The position numbers and the translations under genes were made by a program. This document shows, piece by piece, positions 33,865 to 47,160 of a DNA stretch of 64,000 bases (position 1 is the first letter of the stretch; every line of letters starts with the position of its first letter). Source of the DNA: Diplonema japonicum. Taxonomy: Eukaryota > Protista > Euglenozoa: Diplonemea. The stretch is taken from NCBI GenBank assembly GCA_964019335.1, contig OZ025701.1, positions 62,001 through 126,000 on the forward strand. Direction: 5' to 3'. A model generated the notes under the pieces. That model was not told where the DNA came from. It searched no databases and saw only the letters and a program-made list of their open reading frames with translations.

Positions 33865-36800
33865 CTAGAAAATGAGTGTGAGGGGGAGGAAGAGAAGCAA
33901 GATGAGGATATAAAGGTTGAATACGATGGCACAAAGCACTATGGCGGTGGCTAGGAGGAATATTATAATGATGTTGTTGCTGTGGGCTTTCTTCGACATC
34001 AAAGCACGGAAGCGCTCTTGACGAGACGGCTCCCTCCTCCGCTCAGGGGAAATTGGAAGGTCTACAAGCCCATCATTGAAAGCGAAGAGAGCTGAGGGGT
34101 ACTGCGAGGCTGCTTTCAGCAACCCTTGCAATTCATCATCCGTGGCAACACCTACACCCTCTATGCTGATAAGCTTCATGCCGGGTTGTATGCCTGCCTG
34201 TTCCCCAAGACTCTTCTCCTCCACCTCTACAGCCACGAACCCACCGACAGAGTGCAGGACCCATGTCACCCCCAGCGTTGCATCCTTCCTCATGATTACT
34301 GATATAAGTTGTGGCGCTGCAATTTTCATCTTATTCCGGACCTTCTCTTCTAGATCGTCTGCTTCTCCGACTGTCAGAAGCTTCTTAAAGCCGTACTCTA
34401 CTGTCCAGTTGTGTGCTTTCAAGAACTGGAGGATGCCAAGGTGTGGAGTGCTTGCTGTGTTGATGGCTTTGTGCACCAAGCCCAATCTCTCGTCGTTCGT
34501 GCAGTCTTTAAGGGCCACGCGGGTCCGTAGTGAGGCAACAAGCAACGGGATGTTGTGCAGCCCATGCGGCTCCTTCTCGACTCCATCGTCTTCGTCAATG
34601 TCTATCGAGATCGACTCCGCCTCCAGTGCCGTCATGTGCTCGCTGGACGTATGACTCACTGAACGCCCTGTCAGACCTTCTCTTTCGAAATTCGTTCTTT
34701 TGTTCCACAAGTGCCCTGTAGGCACCCGTGTCACAGGCAGGATCTCACTGTCCGGTGTGTCCGTCTTCACGCTCTCGGGCTTCTTCAGCGGGTTCTTCAG
34801 TAATTGGATCTGTCAGTGCATGTAGTTTGTTAAGAATATAGCATACCTCGGCAGCTCGCTCCCTTTCTGGAAGCCAGTTCGGCGTCAGCCCGGCAGTCAC
34901 GGTGTTGGCACGCCCTCTGCGTGTGCTTGCTGGTACAATCTGTTGGTGGTAATAAACAGTGCGTCGGGTCTTGGGTATACCTCAGTCATGGTGGGCGATG
35001 GTGCTGCCATCGGTGCTGCGGCCTCTCCGTCGTGTGACTTCGGGGTACCACAGCTTTGTTGTTGGTTTGGTTCCATCTTGCATTGGCATACCTTGGCTGG
35101 ATAGTTAGCCCATGCCCCTGTTCCATGCACATTGCAGCAGCCAGAATGGGGTTTTTCACCGCAGCAGACCCTCTGCGGTCCTTTGCCACGTCTTTCGTCG
35201 TCAAGTCTGCCATCACCTCCTTCGTCAAGGCCATGCGGAACACTATGACCGCGGCAGTGATGAGGGATGCACAGAATGGGTCGCAGGGCAGAGGAGGGAG
35301 GCACAAGGGCATCTGCATCGAGGGTGAAGCGGGTTGCGTTCCAGGCACGGGGCGCTCACCATCTTGGCACAGAAGTTGCAAGTTCCGGATCTCCGGCTTG
35401 TTGAACGATCCGGACTGTGGGACGGTTGGAGACCGGAATCTCGGACTCGTCCACTCGTTAGCTTTGGCACGTGCCTTTGACAGGGAGAACACCTTGTGGT
35501 ATGGGTCCTCAGCTGCGGAGGGGCTTAAAACACCGGGAGAGTGCAGTGGAGTTCCATCAGCAAAAAATGCGTTAGATGAATGGTGCACAGTCGCGAAGCT
35601 GCCGGAGCTTTTGTCTTCCAGCCGCACATGAGGGCTCGATATCTGCGCTGCCTGCAGCGGTGACCTGGCACTGCCACACACTGGCGAGTGCGAGGCGTTA
35701 CCCAAGTCAATGCAAGGCAGCTCCACACCGCGTCTCTCGATCAGGTTTTTGCTCTGTAGTGCTGGATGAAAGAAGCACCGCATACCTCGTCTAGGTCCAT
35801 GAGCTCTTCGATTTTTGGAGCGGGGCGGGTGGCGGCCTGTGGTAGTGGGCAGTGCGTTGTGTTATATACCACAGTAGTTGGTGGCTCTGAGGGTGTGCGT
35901 TCTATGGGTTTGGCAGAACGTAAGTAGTTGTCGATGAAGCCAAAGCCAATCCTCTTAGAGAACTTGCAGTTCTCAGCTCCTTCGTATCCAAACACCAGTA
36001 TCTCAGAGCTCTCTCTTTCTATCGTGCTCACCTCACATCTGTGCCAGTCGCCACTCTTTCTTTTCACCTCCACTTCGGTGCCTTCCGTGTACATGAGAAA
36101 CATGAATGTGATGCGATTGTCTTCATTGATGCATTTGTTGAGGAGTTCACTCGTAGCCGGCATGTCGTTGACCCGAATGATGGTCCACCCTGTCAAATTG
36201 CCCATTCCACTGATGTCCGCAGGTGACCCCATCTCGACAGACTCCACATTGAGGCTGTAATTGTACTTCAATCCCAGCTTGTCTGTCCAGTCACATGTGA
36301 TTTCCTGCATGCACGACTGGTCAGACATCTTCTGAGGTCGCTGCCGTTCCCGTGGCCGCTTCTCGTCATTGGTCTGCCCTGGGCTGGCGATGGACGCTGA
36401 CGGGCTACCAAACACAGTGGACGGTGTCTTCGTCTTCATCTCAACAGCCTCACTCTCTTTCTCCTTCTCTCCCTTTTCTGTATTCTCTTTTTCCTTTTCT
36501 TTCTCTTTTTCCCTATTTTTTTGCTTATCCTTCTCCTTGTCTTTTTCATCTGTTCCCTCCTTCCGGAAGCTATAAGTAGGTATCAGCTTTCTGTATAATG
36601 GGTTCTTTGGGTCATCGACATGCGCACTGTCCACACTTTTGCGCTTTCCAGGCGAAGCACGGCTTGACCTCCCAGGCGACATCTTTCCAGGGGTACCCAA
36701 GCCATCTTTCCACCTAAACTTTTTCCTCTTTGACGGCGACTGCAGCTCGTCAGGCATCTCTTTCGCTTTGACGGCGTCCTCGCTGAGCCTAATGTAATCC

Positions 36801-37978
36801 GTGTCGAGGAGGTCTTTGGCCTGCGGTCTCTTGGAGGCATCCTTTTGAAGACACATGTGCAGGAACTCCTTGGCCTTGCTGGAGAACCCCAGCGAGTCGG
36901 GGAACGAAACAGGCTCATCACAGTTGGCGATGGACTGCACGACCACCTCGTCGGACTCGTCGATCCATCGAAAAGGGGGCTTCGCGGTGAGCATCTCAAC
37001 GATGGTGCAACCTAAGCTCCAGATGTCTTGACATGCAAGGACGGGCGCGCTGGTGCCTTGGATGAGGACCTCGGGGGGCATCCACAGAGCCGTTCCGCCT
37101 AGCTTCTGGGGCTCTTTGGAAGTCATGTTGGCCAGCTGTACTGCAGCACCAAAATCAGCGAGTCTGATATCACCCTCACCATGGAGGAGGATGTTCGCTG
37201 CCTTGATGTCCCTGTGCACCACGTTGTGCGCGTGCAGATACACCAGTCCGTTGATGATCTGCCTTGTGAAGATGCTGCACAGCTCGTCAGGGAAGGTGCC
37301 CCCGAAGGAGTCGAGGACGTCCTTCAAGCTCCCACCAGGAACGTACTCCATGTAGATGTCGACGTAGCCAGGGCCGACCTCCATCCCCATGTAGTGCACG
37401 ATGCATGGGTGGTTCAGCTTGCGCATGAGGTGGATTTCGTTTTTGAGTTGTTTAATTGCTTCGGACTCGCCGCTCATGTCGTAGTTGTGTTTCACGTGTT
37501 TTACGGCAAGAAACTCACCCGACTGCTGGTCCAGAGCCATGTATACCTCTCCGAACCCACCTTGCCCGAGCTTCTTTCCCTTTTTGATGCACCTTTCTGT
37601 TCGCTGCCTGCCAAGCTTGGGGGATCCTGACTGTTTCTCAATCTCCGTAAACCTATCGCCACTAGAGTTAAGAGGGCTGTCAGTGATGACATCAGTGTGG
37701 CGTGGTGTGGCGGTAACCTCAGTGGATACCGATCTCGACGGCTCTGCTGGTTTGGGAAGGGGGGCGGCTGGGGGGCCCAGAGCCGTGTTGCTAGGGTAGT
37801 CTTCTGTTATCCTCGGGCAGGCACTTCCCATGCTAGACAGCCCGTCGCCAACCTTTCTCTGCATTGCTCGATCTTTCTTCTCGTCTTCCACCTCGTCATC
37901 CGACAACGTGGCAGCCACCGGGTCCACGTGTGTCTCCACCTTCCCCTTTACATCGTCAGCGTGGCTTGCGCTATTCAT
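33865..37978 (-). CDS. STE11/MAP3K-like Ser/Thr kinase with PDZ-like domains and a C-terminal hydrophobic anchor (~1321 aa, 4 introns)
   Basis: LGQGGFGEV, AVK, HRDIKAANIL, DFG, GTALWMPPE, DIWSLGCT; GT-AG introns of 32, 38, 41 and 37 nt join four ORF-track pieces into one frame; LGL/LGV..V...S.A/G...G PDZ-like segments. Confidence 0.8.
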
Positions 37979-38238
37979 GCGGCCATTCTTTTTTCCCTTT
38001 TTTTTTTTTTTCCTCTCTGTCAACGGGGAGTTTATACCTACCTAGCTAGCTGCCACGACGACGCGAAAACTACGAGAAAAAGAAATGAGTATCAGAAACA
38101 TAAAAAAGGAGAGAAAACAAAAACAAAAAACACAGTAAAATAGCGGGGGGGGGGAGAAAAAAGAAAACTTGATCGGAAAAAGCTTAGTACACGGTTCATG
38201 ACTCACGGCTTATATACATGGTTTAGAGGGAAGGGGAT

Positions 38239-39299
38239 CTAAGGCTGCTCAAAGGGGGTGAGGTCTGTCGAGCAATCGGTGGGCCGGAGCGTCGACGTGG
38301 CAATTGTGTGGAGGAGGGCGTGGTACGCGGGCCTGCGGGGGGAGTCCGTGGGGGTGTCGCGCATCTCTCGAGCAAGAATCTCCGTCAGAACAGACACATC
38401 CCCTCTGTAGAGGACAGAGGTAGGGTTCACAGCTTCTATTTTCAACATCATCTGCGCGAAGCTAACATCGACAAGGTCATCGTCGACACCATTACTGAAG
38501 GCACCCCTGTTGATAAGGGAGATAAACCCAGTACCGAACTTATTAGCGTGCCGGTGCTCCTGTATAGTCTTGTACATGGTCTTGGTGGTGGAGAAGGTCT
38601 GCAGGAAGACAAGGATGTGCACTGCGTGGTGGACCGTCTCCTCACAAGAATCGTTCAAAACATCCAGAAGCACTGTGTGTTGTTTCCCCCCCCCCCCCCC
38701 CCCCCCATGTACAACATACCACTTACCGTCTCCTCTATGTACCGTTCAGTATTGTCAGAGACGTGCTCAGAGGTGTCTTCTGTGTGATGAAAAAGATGGG
38801 TCAAGACGTAGATAGAAAGGTGGAGGAGATTGTCTACAGATTCAAGAAGGTGGTCGGACATAGCGTCCCGTGCACGGGACCGCAGATGCATGGTTGGAAG
38901 GATGGACCCTGTGATGACCAAGTCAAGTACAGCCGGTGGTGGAGCGACTTTGTTAGTAACACAAAATGTTGACACTGCCCCAGCCAGCCTTGCTACCAAG
39001 GCTGGGATCTCAAAGGGGTCCTCCGCCACGATAGCGCCTAGCCCTGCCTCCTGTTGAAGCCGCATGGCAATCTCAGCTGCGTCAACAAGCACCCTGCAGT
39101 CGTGCAGCCCGAGGCACCTCTGCATCCAGCGGACATACAGGTTTCCTCTCCTCACGTTCTTGTCCATCATCTCACACAATTCCTCCATTTCTTCAATGAA
39201 TTTCTCCCTGCAGTGATTCGACAGCCTGAAGTCTGCTCCATCCCTCCCAGACATCCCCAACGGGCTCCACACCGCTGTGTCCGATCTTTCCTCGCTCAT
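38239..39299 (-). CDS. SPIN90/WISH/Ldb17 (DUF2013)-like protein
   Basis: LYRGDVSVLTEILAREMRDTP..SPRRPAYHALLHTI resembles the family's C-terminal motif; one intron containing a G run. Confidence 0.6.
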
Positions 39300-40301
39300 G
39301 TGTCAAAGGCCTGTTTTTCTCTTCTTTTTTCGTTACTCTGTTCAGTTTGTTGTCATGGGGAAAAAAAAAAAAAAAATAGAAAAAACGGCACTTTTATTCT
39401 TTTTTTTTTCTTTTGTTTTTTTTTTTTCCCTTAGCGGGGTGGGGGAGTGAGGAATGTGGGAATTATTTCTTTTCTTTCTTCCTTTTGTTGTCGTGGTGGA
39501 ATAAAGGGAGCATTTAGTCTTCTTTTCTTTTCTCCTTTCAAAATCTCGTTCTCGGTTCCTTAAGATAATTGTTAAAGCCGTCAAAACAGCGGGGGGGAGG
39601 GGTCTTTCCCAAATCTGAAAAAAAAAAATCTATATAAAAAAAAAACCTTCTTATCAGAGAGTTAACAAACGACACACTAGTAAAGTACAATAATTGAGTA
39701 CTAGACCTGGCTGTGTTGAAGTTCGTTGTTTTTTTTTTTTTTTTTTTCTTTTTTTTTTTCCCTTCTTTTTTTTTAATTCGAAGTTAATCGTGTATCCACA
39801 CGACAGTGCACACATATGACAAAAAAAAAAAAAGAAGACACCCTCCCTCTGCTTTGTGTTCTGTATTCTTGCTTTTTGTTCGGGCAAAGTGTAACGGTGG
39901 TGAGAGGGGCGGGGTGGGGGAGGGCCTTTAAGGGTTAAGAGACAACAAAAAAAAATGCAAAACCCATGACCGAACGCTCCTTTATCCTTCTCTTTTGTTC
40001 GCTACACTGCATAATAGCTTATCGCAAACAAAAGAACTCCAAACCACGACTTGTCCTTCGTTGATGCACATTTCTGTTCGCGGGAATCCCACTGTTCCCA
40101 AAGAAGTCCTTGCTAATGTACTTAAGTCCCTCTGTGTGCGAAGGTGGGGGAAGGGGGGTGAAAAAATTATTATGTTATTATTATGAAGTTCCTTGGATTT
40201 TGCTTATTTTTGGGGGGGTAAAAAAAAAATAGGGGGAAATTAAATTATATTCTCATTTTTTTTTTTCTCTTCTTCTTTTTTTAAAAAAAAAAGATTCACC
40301 T

Positions 40302-41832
40302 CTAAGCCGACTCTTCAGGGGCGGGCTTCTCAACTGATTTCGGGGAGTTGGCAGCAAGTCCGGCGAGGACCTTGGTGAGCATAGCACAGACGAAATGTGC
40401 CGTCGCGCAGATAACGAAATCGGCCTGGACTGTCACGTTGCCCTGTTTTTTTTTCTTTTTTTTTCCCATCCCACCCTCCTCCCTACACACCTGGTTAAAC
40501 AGCACAATACAGACAATGAAGTTTAGAGGAATTCTGAAGATGTTCATAACAGTGGCACGGCCTTCCTCAGGGAGGTACCTCGACCTCATCGTCATGATGC
40601 TGGGCCAGAAGATACCGACGCAGCCCTCGAACACGCAGAAGCACAGCATGATGATGAGAGGGTTACGGGTCATGATGGTCCCCGCCATGCAAAGCCCCGC
40701 AACAGCGAAGACGTACGGCATGTACGACTCAGGCTGCGCGTTCGCCGAAAGAGATTTGAAAACAGTAGCGCCGATGCTGCAGGAAATCATGAACGAGGCG
40801 AAAACGAAGCCGTGCGGCACAGCATAACCCATGTCGTCCAAGATGGGAGTCCACACAAACACAAAGGTGTACATCGCACCCTCGAAGAGGGACTGTATCA
40901 AACCCAGCAACAACACCTATAATTTTCTTTTTTTTTCCTTTTTCTTTTTTGTGTATACCTTGTTGTCGCTCCTGATGGATTCCCAAGCACGCTTGAGGCC
41001 CTGGGATTGGGTCGCAGCGCTGTCACCGTAGTTCTCTGTCCAAGTGAAGCTGTGTAAAAGTAAGATATTTAAAGTCGTGCCATTGCTATGCATACCTGAT
41101 GAAGAGGGTTCCGATAACCAAGCAGCACAGTGAGAGGTCAAATGGTGCAACAGGGTGGCCGTCATACACCTTCACCGCGCCCTGGGCGGCAAACCCGCAA
41201 ACGATCGCCACAAGCCCGTTCCCTGCAATCATCATAGAGAAGGTGTTCCCCAACCACTCGGGGTCGAACCCCCTGCTGTTGTGCTCGCTCACCATCCAGG
41301 ACTCGAACGCGGACCACAGGATGCTGGTGCTGAACCCACCGAGAAGCCTCCCCGCCATCAGAATGTAGTAATTGTTGAAATGCTTCGAGATACAGCTTTT
41401 TTTTTTCTTCTTTTTTTTTAAATTTACCGCCATACCATAGAGCGTAAGCCACACCGTACACCTGGCAATTGAGACGTCGGCCGTACTTATCAGCGAGCGT
41501 TCTGTCAAAAGGGAGTTTTGGAGAATGGGAGCATACCCAGCGAAGGTCCCAAATATCATTGAAGACCCAAACCCTGCGATGAAGAGCTGCGCGTTTTGTT
41601 CGTGCGTGAACCCGTAGTACTTGTACAGCGCGTAGACGGTGGGCCCCTGCAGCCAGTCTGCCGCCATCATCACCAGGTAGCACAGCACGAAGCCATTCTG
41701 GAAGGTCGTGAACTTCGAGTTAGATGTCACCGCCTGCGACTCCTTCGGCTGCGAAAGCCTGAGGATAATGAACACCACGCTGAGCCCTCCCAGCAGGGTC
41801 GTGTACATCTCGGCTCCTGATAGCTCGAACAT
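40302..41832 (-). CDS. MFSD5: Molybdate-anion transporter family MFS protein, 5 introns
   Basis: ADWLQGPTVYALY, LFIAGFGSS, GTLADKYGRR, LGGFSTSILWSAFESWMVSEH, QSLFEGAMYTFVFVWTP, RATVMNIFRIPLN. Confidence 0.9.
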
Positions 41833-41949
41833 TTCCTTTTCCTTGTTTTCCTGGATAAGAAAGTTAAGAACCCGATACCTCTTCTTCAGTGCAAAAACAA
41901 TAAATACAAATACACGTACAAGATGTACAAGCGTCATCGCTCTCCGTGT

Positions 41950-42924
41950 CTAATCCCACGCAAGCAGCCTTGTGGTGTTGTGGTACGGCACCACCGGCCT
42001 CCTCGGTGACCCAGTGATGGACACGCGCTTGGCTGGCGATACGCTCCGCTCAGCAGGACGGTATGAGGACTTGAACTGCGGGGGTGGGTTGTTCGCAGCC
42101 TCCAATCCGGAGAGATACCGCTTGGAACCTCCTGCCATCGGCTGGAATGAAGGTTTGTGCCCTGCGGACTTCAGGTTAGGGTTGGGTACAGGCACACTGT
42201 TGCGCTCCTTCATCAATTTTGCAATCGACTGCTGCCTTTCCTTTGTGGTCACAAGATCCGGAGGGGAGATGATGCTGTATGCTGTTGACGGTCTCGTAGG
42301 GGACCTGCCCTTCCTGTTCCTCGGGGAGTCGATGGCACTAGCTGGCATCTGCTCCACGAACCTCCGCTCGAAGCCGTGTCGTGTCTCAGTCGGTGGGATC
42401 TGCACACTAAGATCTTCCTTTACTGAGCCTTTCCTCCCTGAATGCCTGTTGCTGTCCTTGTCATGCGACAAGGATCCATAGTGAGCCCCCATGGAACTCG
42501 GTTTCATTGGCGAGTTAGACCGGTTCTTCCCTCGCCTTTCCTCGAGGTTGGTAGTTGGCGCACACGCGGCGTACTTCAGCGAACTTTCGTACTTCCTTGA
42601 GCCCGTGGCGATCCCCACGCGTGCCGTCGTCGAGCGCTTCTCAGGTGACGGCCTCCTGCCGAACCTCACCTCTTCGTGCTTCCCACACACTGAACCTGCA
42701 GTCGGCTTCAGACTGCTGCTGTTCCTCATCGTGCTAGTCTGCTTCACATTATGCTTAATGTCCGACTCCCAACTGAGCGTGCCTATCATCCGCGACTCGT
42801 GGTGCGCCACCGTTCTCATCCCTTTCTTCGCGTCGCCTCCTGTTGATACACCATTCGGGTCCGACCCGGCTATTGTGCCTGCACGGTGCACCTGTGCTCT
42901 ACGCTTCGTGGGCGACAATGGCAT
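41950..42924 (-). CDS. Hypothetical basic, probably disordered protein
   Basis: ~324-aa ORF rich in S/P/R/K on the cluster strand. Confidence 0.65.
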   Translation of the reverse strand: MPLSPTKRRAQVHRAGTIAGSDPNGVSTGGDAKKGMRTVAHHESRMIGTLSWESDIKHNVKQTSTMRNSSSLKPTAGSVCGKHEEVRFGRRPSPEKRSTTARVGIATGSRKYESSLKYAACAPTTNLEERRGKNRSNSPMKPSSMGAHYGSLSHDKDSNRHSGRKGSVKEDLSVQIPPTETRHGFERRFVEQMPASAIDSPRNRKGRSPTRPSTAYSIISPPDLVTTKERQQSIAKLMKERNSVPVPNPNLKSAGHKPSFQPMAGGSKRYLSGLEAANNPPPQFKSSYRPAERSVSPAKRVSITGSPRRPVVPYHNTTRLLAWD

Positions 42925-43034
42925 CTCCTGCTTGGGTAGTGCTTGGAATATCGATGGCAAAAACTACTACTAAAAATCCTCATTACTACCCTTGGTGCGA
43001 GCAAATCAGGAGGTTTACCAATTATCGATGCGAT

Positions 43035-44788
43035 CTAATATTGTTTAAAGTGTCTGATGTCGCCCCAGCTTTCGAGTGCATCATCGTGCGGCGCTGTGAG
43101 GACCTGTTGGTGTTGGTGAGGACTGGGGTGCAATACCTCTTTGATGCTCCCATCGCCGCCACAGAGGGACATAACCTGCTTTCTGTGGTCATAGTGAGGC
43201 CACTCTTCTGTTGTGGGTGATACTACATGTGATGCATCATACCTGCTGAAACGCCATCTTTAGCAATGGAGGTCCATGTCTCTTGAAGGAGGCGGGCGGA
43301 GTTGTCAGCCACGCTACACGCTCCTACGAGGGGCGATAGGCCGTGATGCATCCCAAAGAGAAGAGGCAACTCGGAACCATGCGTTGCCCCGAAGGAGACA
43401 AATGGCAGCACTCTGTCGTACCTGTAGACGTGCGCCTTCCCACCACCTTCACAGTGCGCTTCGGCCATACGGTGCGCAGGCAGCCTGAACACCCAATCTG
43501 TGGCCACAGCGTTATACATCTTATGCCCGTCGTACCCAGCAAATGTCTCCGCATACTTGCTTCGCTCGTATGCATCGCTGATTGTGATCGACCTCTCCCC
43601 GCACCCATGCTGGCGGAGCCATGTCTCGATTCTTTTCGGCACATCTTGATTGAAGTTTTCCTTTCTATGAGGCGCCATGAACAGAGTGTACTCGTGTAAG
43701 TTGGTTCCCAGCACAAGCTCGATGTCCTTCGCAGTGCCCTTTGAGATGCTCCTCAAGGGGTGCTCCACAAGCACGTTGCCGTCCATGTGCGGGACGAGGA
43801 TCATCGTTTCATCTTGCAAGAGTTCCCTGTACTCCTTGAAGTGACCACGCACCAGGCAGGACTGTGCTTTTTGCAACAGCTCATAAGGGGTGGTCGAGAG
43901 ATCTTCGACGCTGGTTCCTTCAGGGAGGAAAGAAAGGAACCTTCGGTAGATGAGGTCACTCTTCTCCTTTGAGAGCACGTTGTGCGAAGCACCAGACATG
44001 CAGATGGCTCGGCGGAACATAGGAACGCCTTCTTTCTTCCTCAGAGGCGAGGACATGATGTTGGCGACTGTCATAGCGCCTGCCGACTCTCCAAACAGTG
44101 TGACGTTGGTAGGGTCGCCGCCCAGCGATGCGATGTTTTCCTGCACCCATTCCAATGCAGCAAGCACATCGCGTAGACCTCTGTTGTTGTCCCCACCAGG
44201 GACACGTAAGTTGCCCAACACACCGAGTCTGTAGTTTAGCGTAACGAGAATCACGCCATTCTTCACTTTCGCGTCGCCATCGTAGATAGGCGGGCCGCCG
44301 CTGCCCACCAAAAATGCCCCGCCATGCACGAACACCATCACGGGTGCTTTCCCGTCAAGCTTCTGAGCGTTGCACCATACATTCAGGCACAGTGAATCCT
44401 CGCTCCCTTGGTACAGCCAGGTGTTGGGCCTCAGCTTCAGCATCGCCATCCTGAAGAAGGCTTCGAATGCAATCGCTGTCGTCGACGTGAACTTCGAGCA
44501 GCTCGCATTCACTGCTTGCGGGCAGCAGTCGGAGAATCTTAGACAGTCCTTCACCCCTTCCCACTTTGGTAACTTCCTCGGTGATTTCCACCTGTACTGC
44601 CCTGTGAATGGCTGTGCATAAGGGATGCCCTTCAGTACTAGCGTGTCGCCATTGACTTCAGCCTTCACGCTGCCGCACGGCAGGTCCACGACCTTCTTCT
44701 TCCTGGGGAGGACAAGCCGCACTAAGCACCCGAGTTCATGGAAAAAGAACCGCCACACGGTTGCAATGATCCGAATAAGAATGCTCAT
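43035..44788 (-). CDS. Type-B carboxylesterase
   Basis: GIPYA, SEDSLCLNVW, HGGAF, NYRLG, FGESAG, HGSELPLLFG; two short 3' introns (35 and 33 nt) extend the frame to a TAG at 43035. Confidence 0.9.
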
Positions 44789-44947
44789 CTTGAGTACCTG
44801 TGGGTGATGGGGACGATCAACAACGCTATCTTTGCAATACTGCAACTCCTTTACTCTTTGTGTTAGTCATCGATACACAGCGAGATCATAATCTCTGTCG
44901 TGCGTGATGGGCGCAATAATGGAAGTGTATGCAATTGCATGTGGACA

Positions 44948-46542
44948 CTATTCTACGCTGGTAAGGTAAGCGAAGAGAGACTCGCCAACGTAGCCGAGGA
45001 GCAGTCTGTCCGCTTCGTAGATGGATTTAATGGTTCTGATGTTTCCAGCTATGGTCTCAGTGTCAACACCGTAATGGTAAACCTGTTCCGCAACGTTGGC
45101 AGAAGCGTCGAAGGATCGCCGCTGTCTGTTCGTGAGGCCCTGGTTCCCGACTATGTCATACACGACCTGTGTGGCTAAGCACTCAGCACTCTAGCATACC
45201 TGAGAGTCCTCGTCTTCGTTCTCTATCTTCCCCACGAAGTCGTACACCATCTGATCCATCCCGCACACTGTCGTTTGAGGCAAGTAATGCGCTGTCTGGT
45301 ATGTGATGTCTACCGTTCCCTTACGCTGCTTCAGCTTCTCGAGCATCAGAACGTATTGCCTGAAATTCACCCCTTCCAGCTTCTGCCTCCTGGCATTAAC
45401 CCCCATTAAGAGACGCACCCACGTACGACACTCTGCAGGCGAGCGTCTTTTGTGGCAGTCATAGATTCGGTCGTGGAACGTCGCCAACACGCGGGTGAAG
45501 GGGTCTCGTACGTAGGTAAACTACGGTGATGTTGTATTCCGATCAAGATGCATACCTTGAAGTACCCGCCTGCGTTGAGGGCAGTCTGGATCTGTGTGTC
45601 TTTCATGTACCTGCCTGACTCGATCCTGGGGCCGTTGAGCTCTCCTGAAGAGTCATTAGACTTTAGGTCGGTGTTCCAAGCGTTCGCAGCCTTCAGCATC
45701 CATGACTTGTTGATGGTGTACCCTGCCTTGGGTATGCCGCAATACATGATCTTCAGGTCGTGATCGAAGACCAGCTGCTGGATGATGCCGCGCTTGCGCA
45801 TGCTGCCGACCTGGTTCAAGCTCAGGTCGTTTCTGAACCATCCCCCATCCATCCCAACCACTGTGGCGATGTGTGCGTCTACTGAGAGCGTGCTGTACAG
45901 CACTCCTCTGGGCTCCTTCTTCATGCTTCCCGCGCATGCAGGGACTGTTGTGTTCGGGATCGCTGACCCCTTCTGCCCTTTCAGCGACCTCATGAATATA
46001 TGCATCCCCTCGGTGTTCGCCCATGACTGACAGATCGTCATGCTCAGCTGCTCGTTGGTGGCGTCTGGGTAGTCTTCCGAAGGGTCGATCGCGAGTTCCC
46101 TTTCGGGGCTCCCTTCCGGCTGCAGTAGCAAGTACGCTTCCCTCCGGATAAGCTTCCAGTGGTAGGGCTTCATTCCTCTAGGTGGGGGTAACTGGCTGCC
46201 TCCGATGGCATTCTGTTTGGTTGAGATGTGTGAGCAAAAAGAACGAAATACCAGATTTGTGAAGCCGTTGGTTCGCAGCACGGTGAAGTAGTCTTCCAAG
46301 CCTATTTGCAGCAGCATGTCTTGCACCTCGCCGAGGGACTCAGGGGTGTTTAACCACATGACAGACTTTTGCTGTGACAGGGGCTGCACCGCGGTCTGGT
46401 AGCCCGCGAACACACCGTCTCCCAGAACTCCTTGCGCCACAACTATAACACACAGAAACAGGAACACAACGCAGAACTTCCCCCACCTCCCTTGGAGTAT
46501 CGTCTCCCGGTACTCAACAGGGGTGTGCGTTCTGCTGCGCAT
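44948..46542 (-). CDS. Membrane-anchored carbohydrate sulfotransferase (Sulfotransfer_2) with a SAM-like segment
   Basis: N-terminal TM; YCGIPKAGYT (5'-PSB); FTYVRDPFTRVLATF (3'-PB) after splicing; HYLPQ..C, YDFVGKIE, YEADRLLLGY. Confidence 0.85.
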
Positions 46543-47160
46543 GTTGTCTCCTGCCCACCTGAATTGCAGAATTTAGAAAACAGCTAAACATCGACAAATA
46601 AGAAAACGAAACAAGGAAGGGTTTTTATATATATATATATTGTTGCGCATAAGAATGGTTTTATCATGTCGCACCTTAAAGCAGTTCGAGACAAACGAAA
46701 GAAAATGGGGGTAAAGAGAGGAATAAACAAAGGAACGCACAATACGCGAAGAGTTTGGCCATTTTGCGAATAAGGTCTGTGTATAACCTCAGGATCTTCT
46801 TTCTTTTTCGGAGGAAAGATGCAAGCAATAAATGCCACTTTTCTTCAGCAGTGCAGGTTCGGAGGTCTTTCATTAAAACACGGGGAACAGAAGAAAACGC
46901 ACCACTTCCTCCACCCGTGTGCCATTGTTAGCAGTACCGTGGCTTCAAGCAGAAAGCTAAGCTGGCCTTATCGTATCCACCACAGCTCTGTGACATAACT
47001 CACGCAAGTCCAATAAGTAAAAAAAGGAAACGTAAAGGGTTGTTTCTAAATACGATGAGCAATAAACACAATTCGTGTAATAATCTTCCTATAAATCGAA
47101 ACACTTCAACAGTACCCACCATTATCTGAAAAAGTAACGTTGACGAAAGAATGCAGCAGC

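Noticed and set aside
46584-46873. Short ORFs between the sulfotransferase and the GH5 gene
   Set aside because: No motifs; composition looks like UTR
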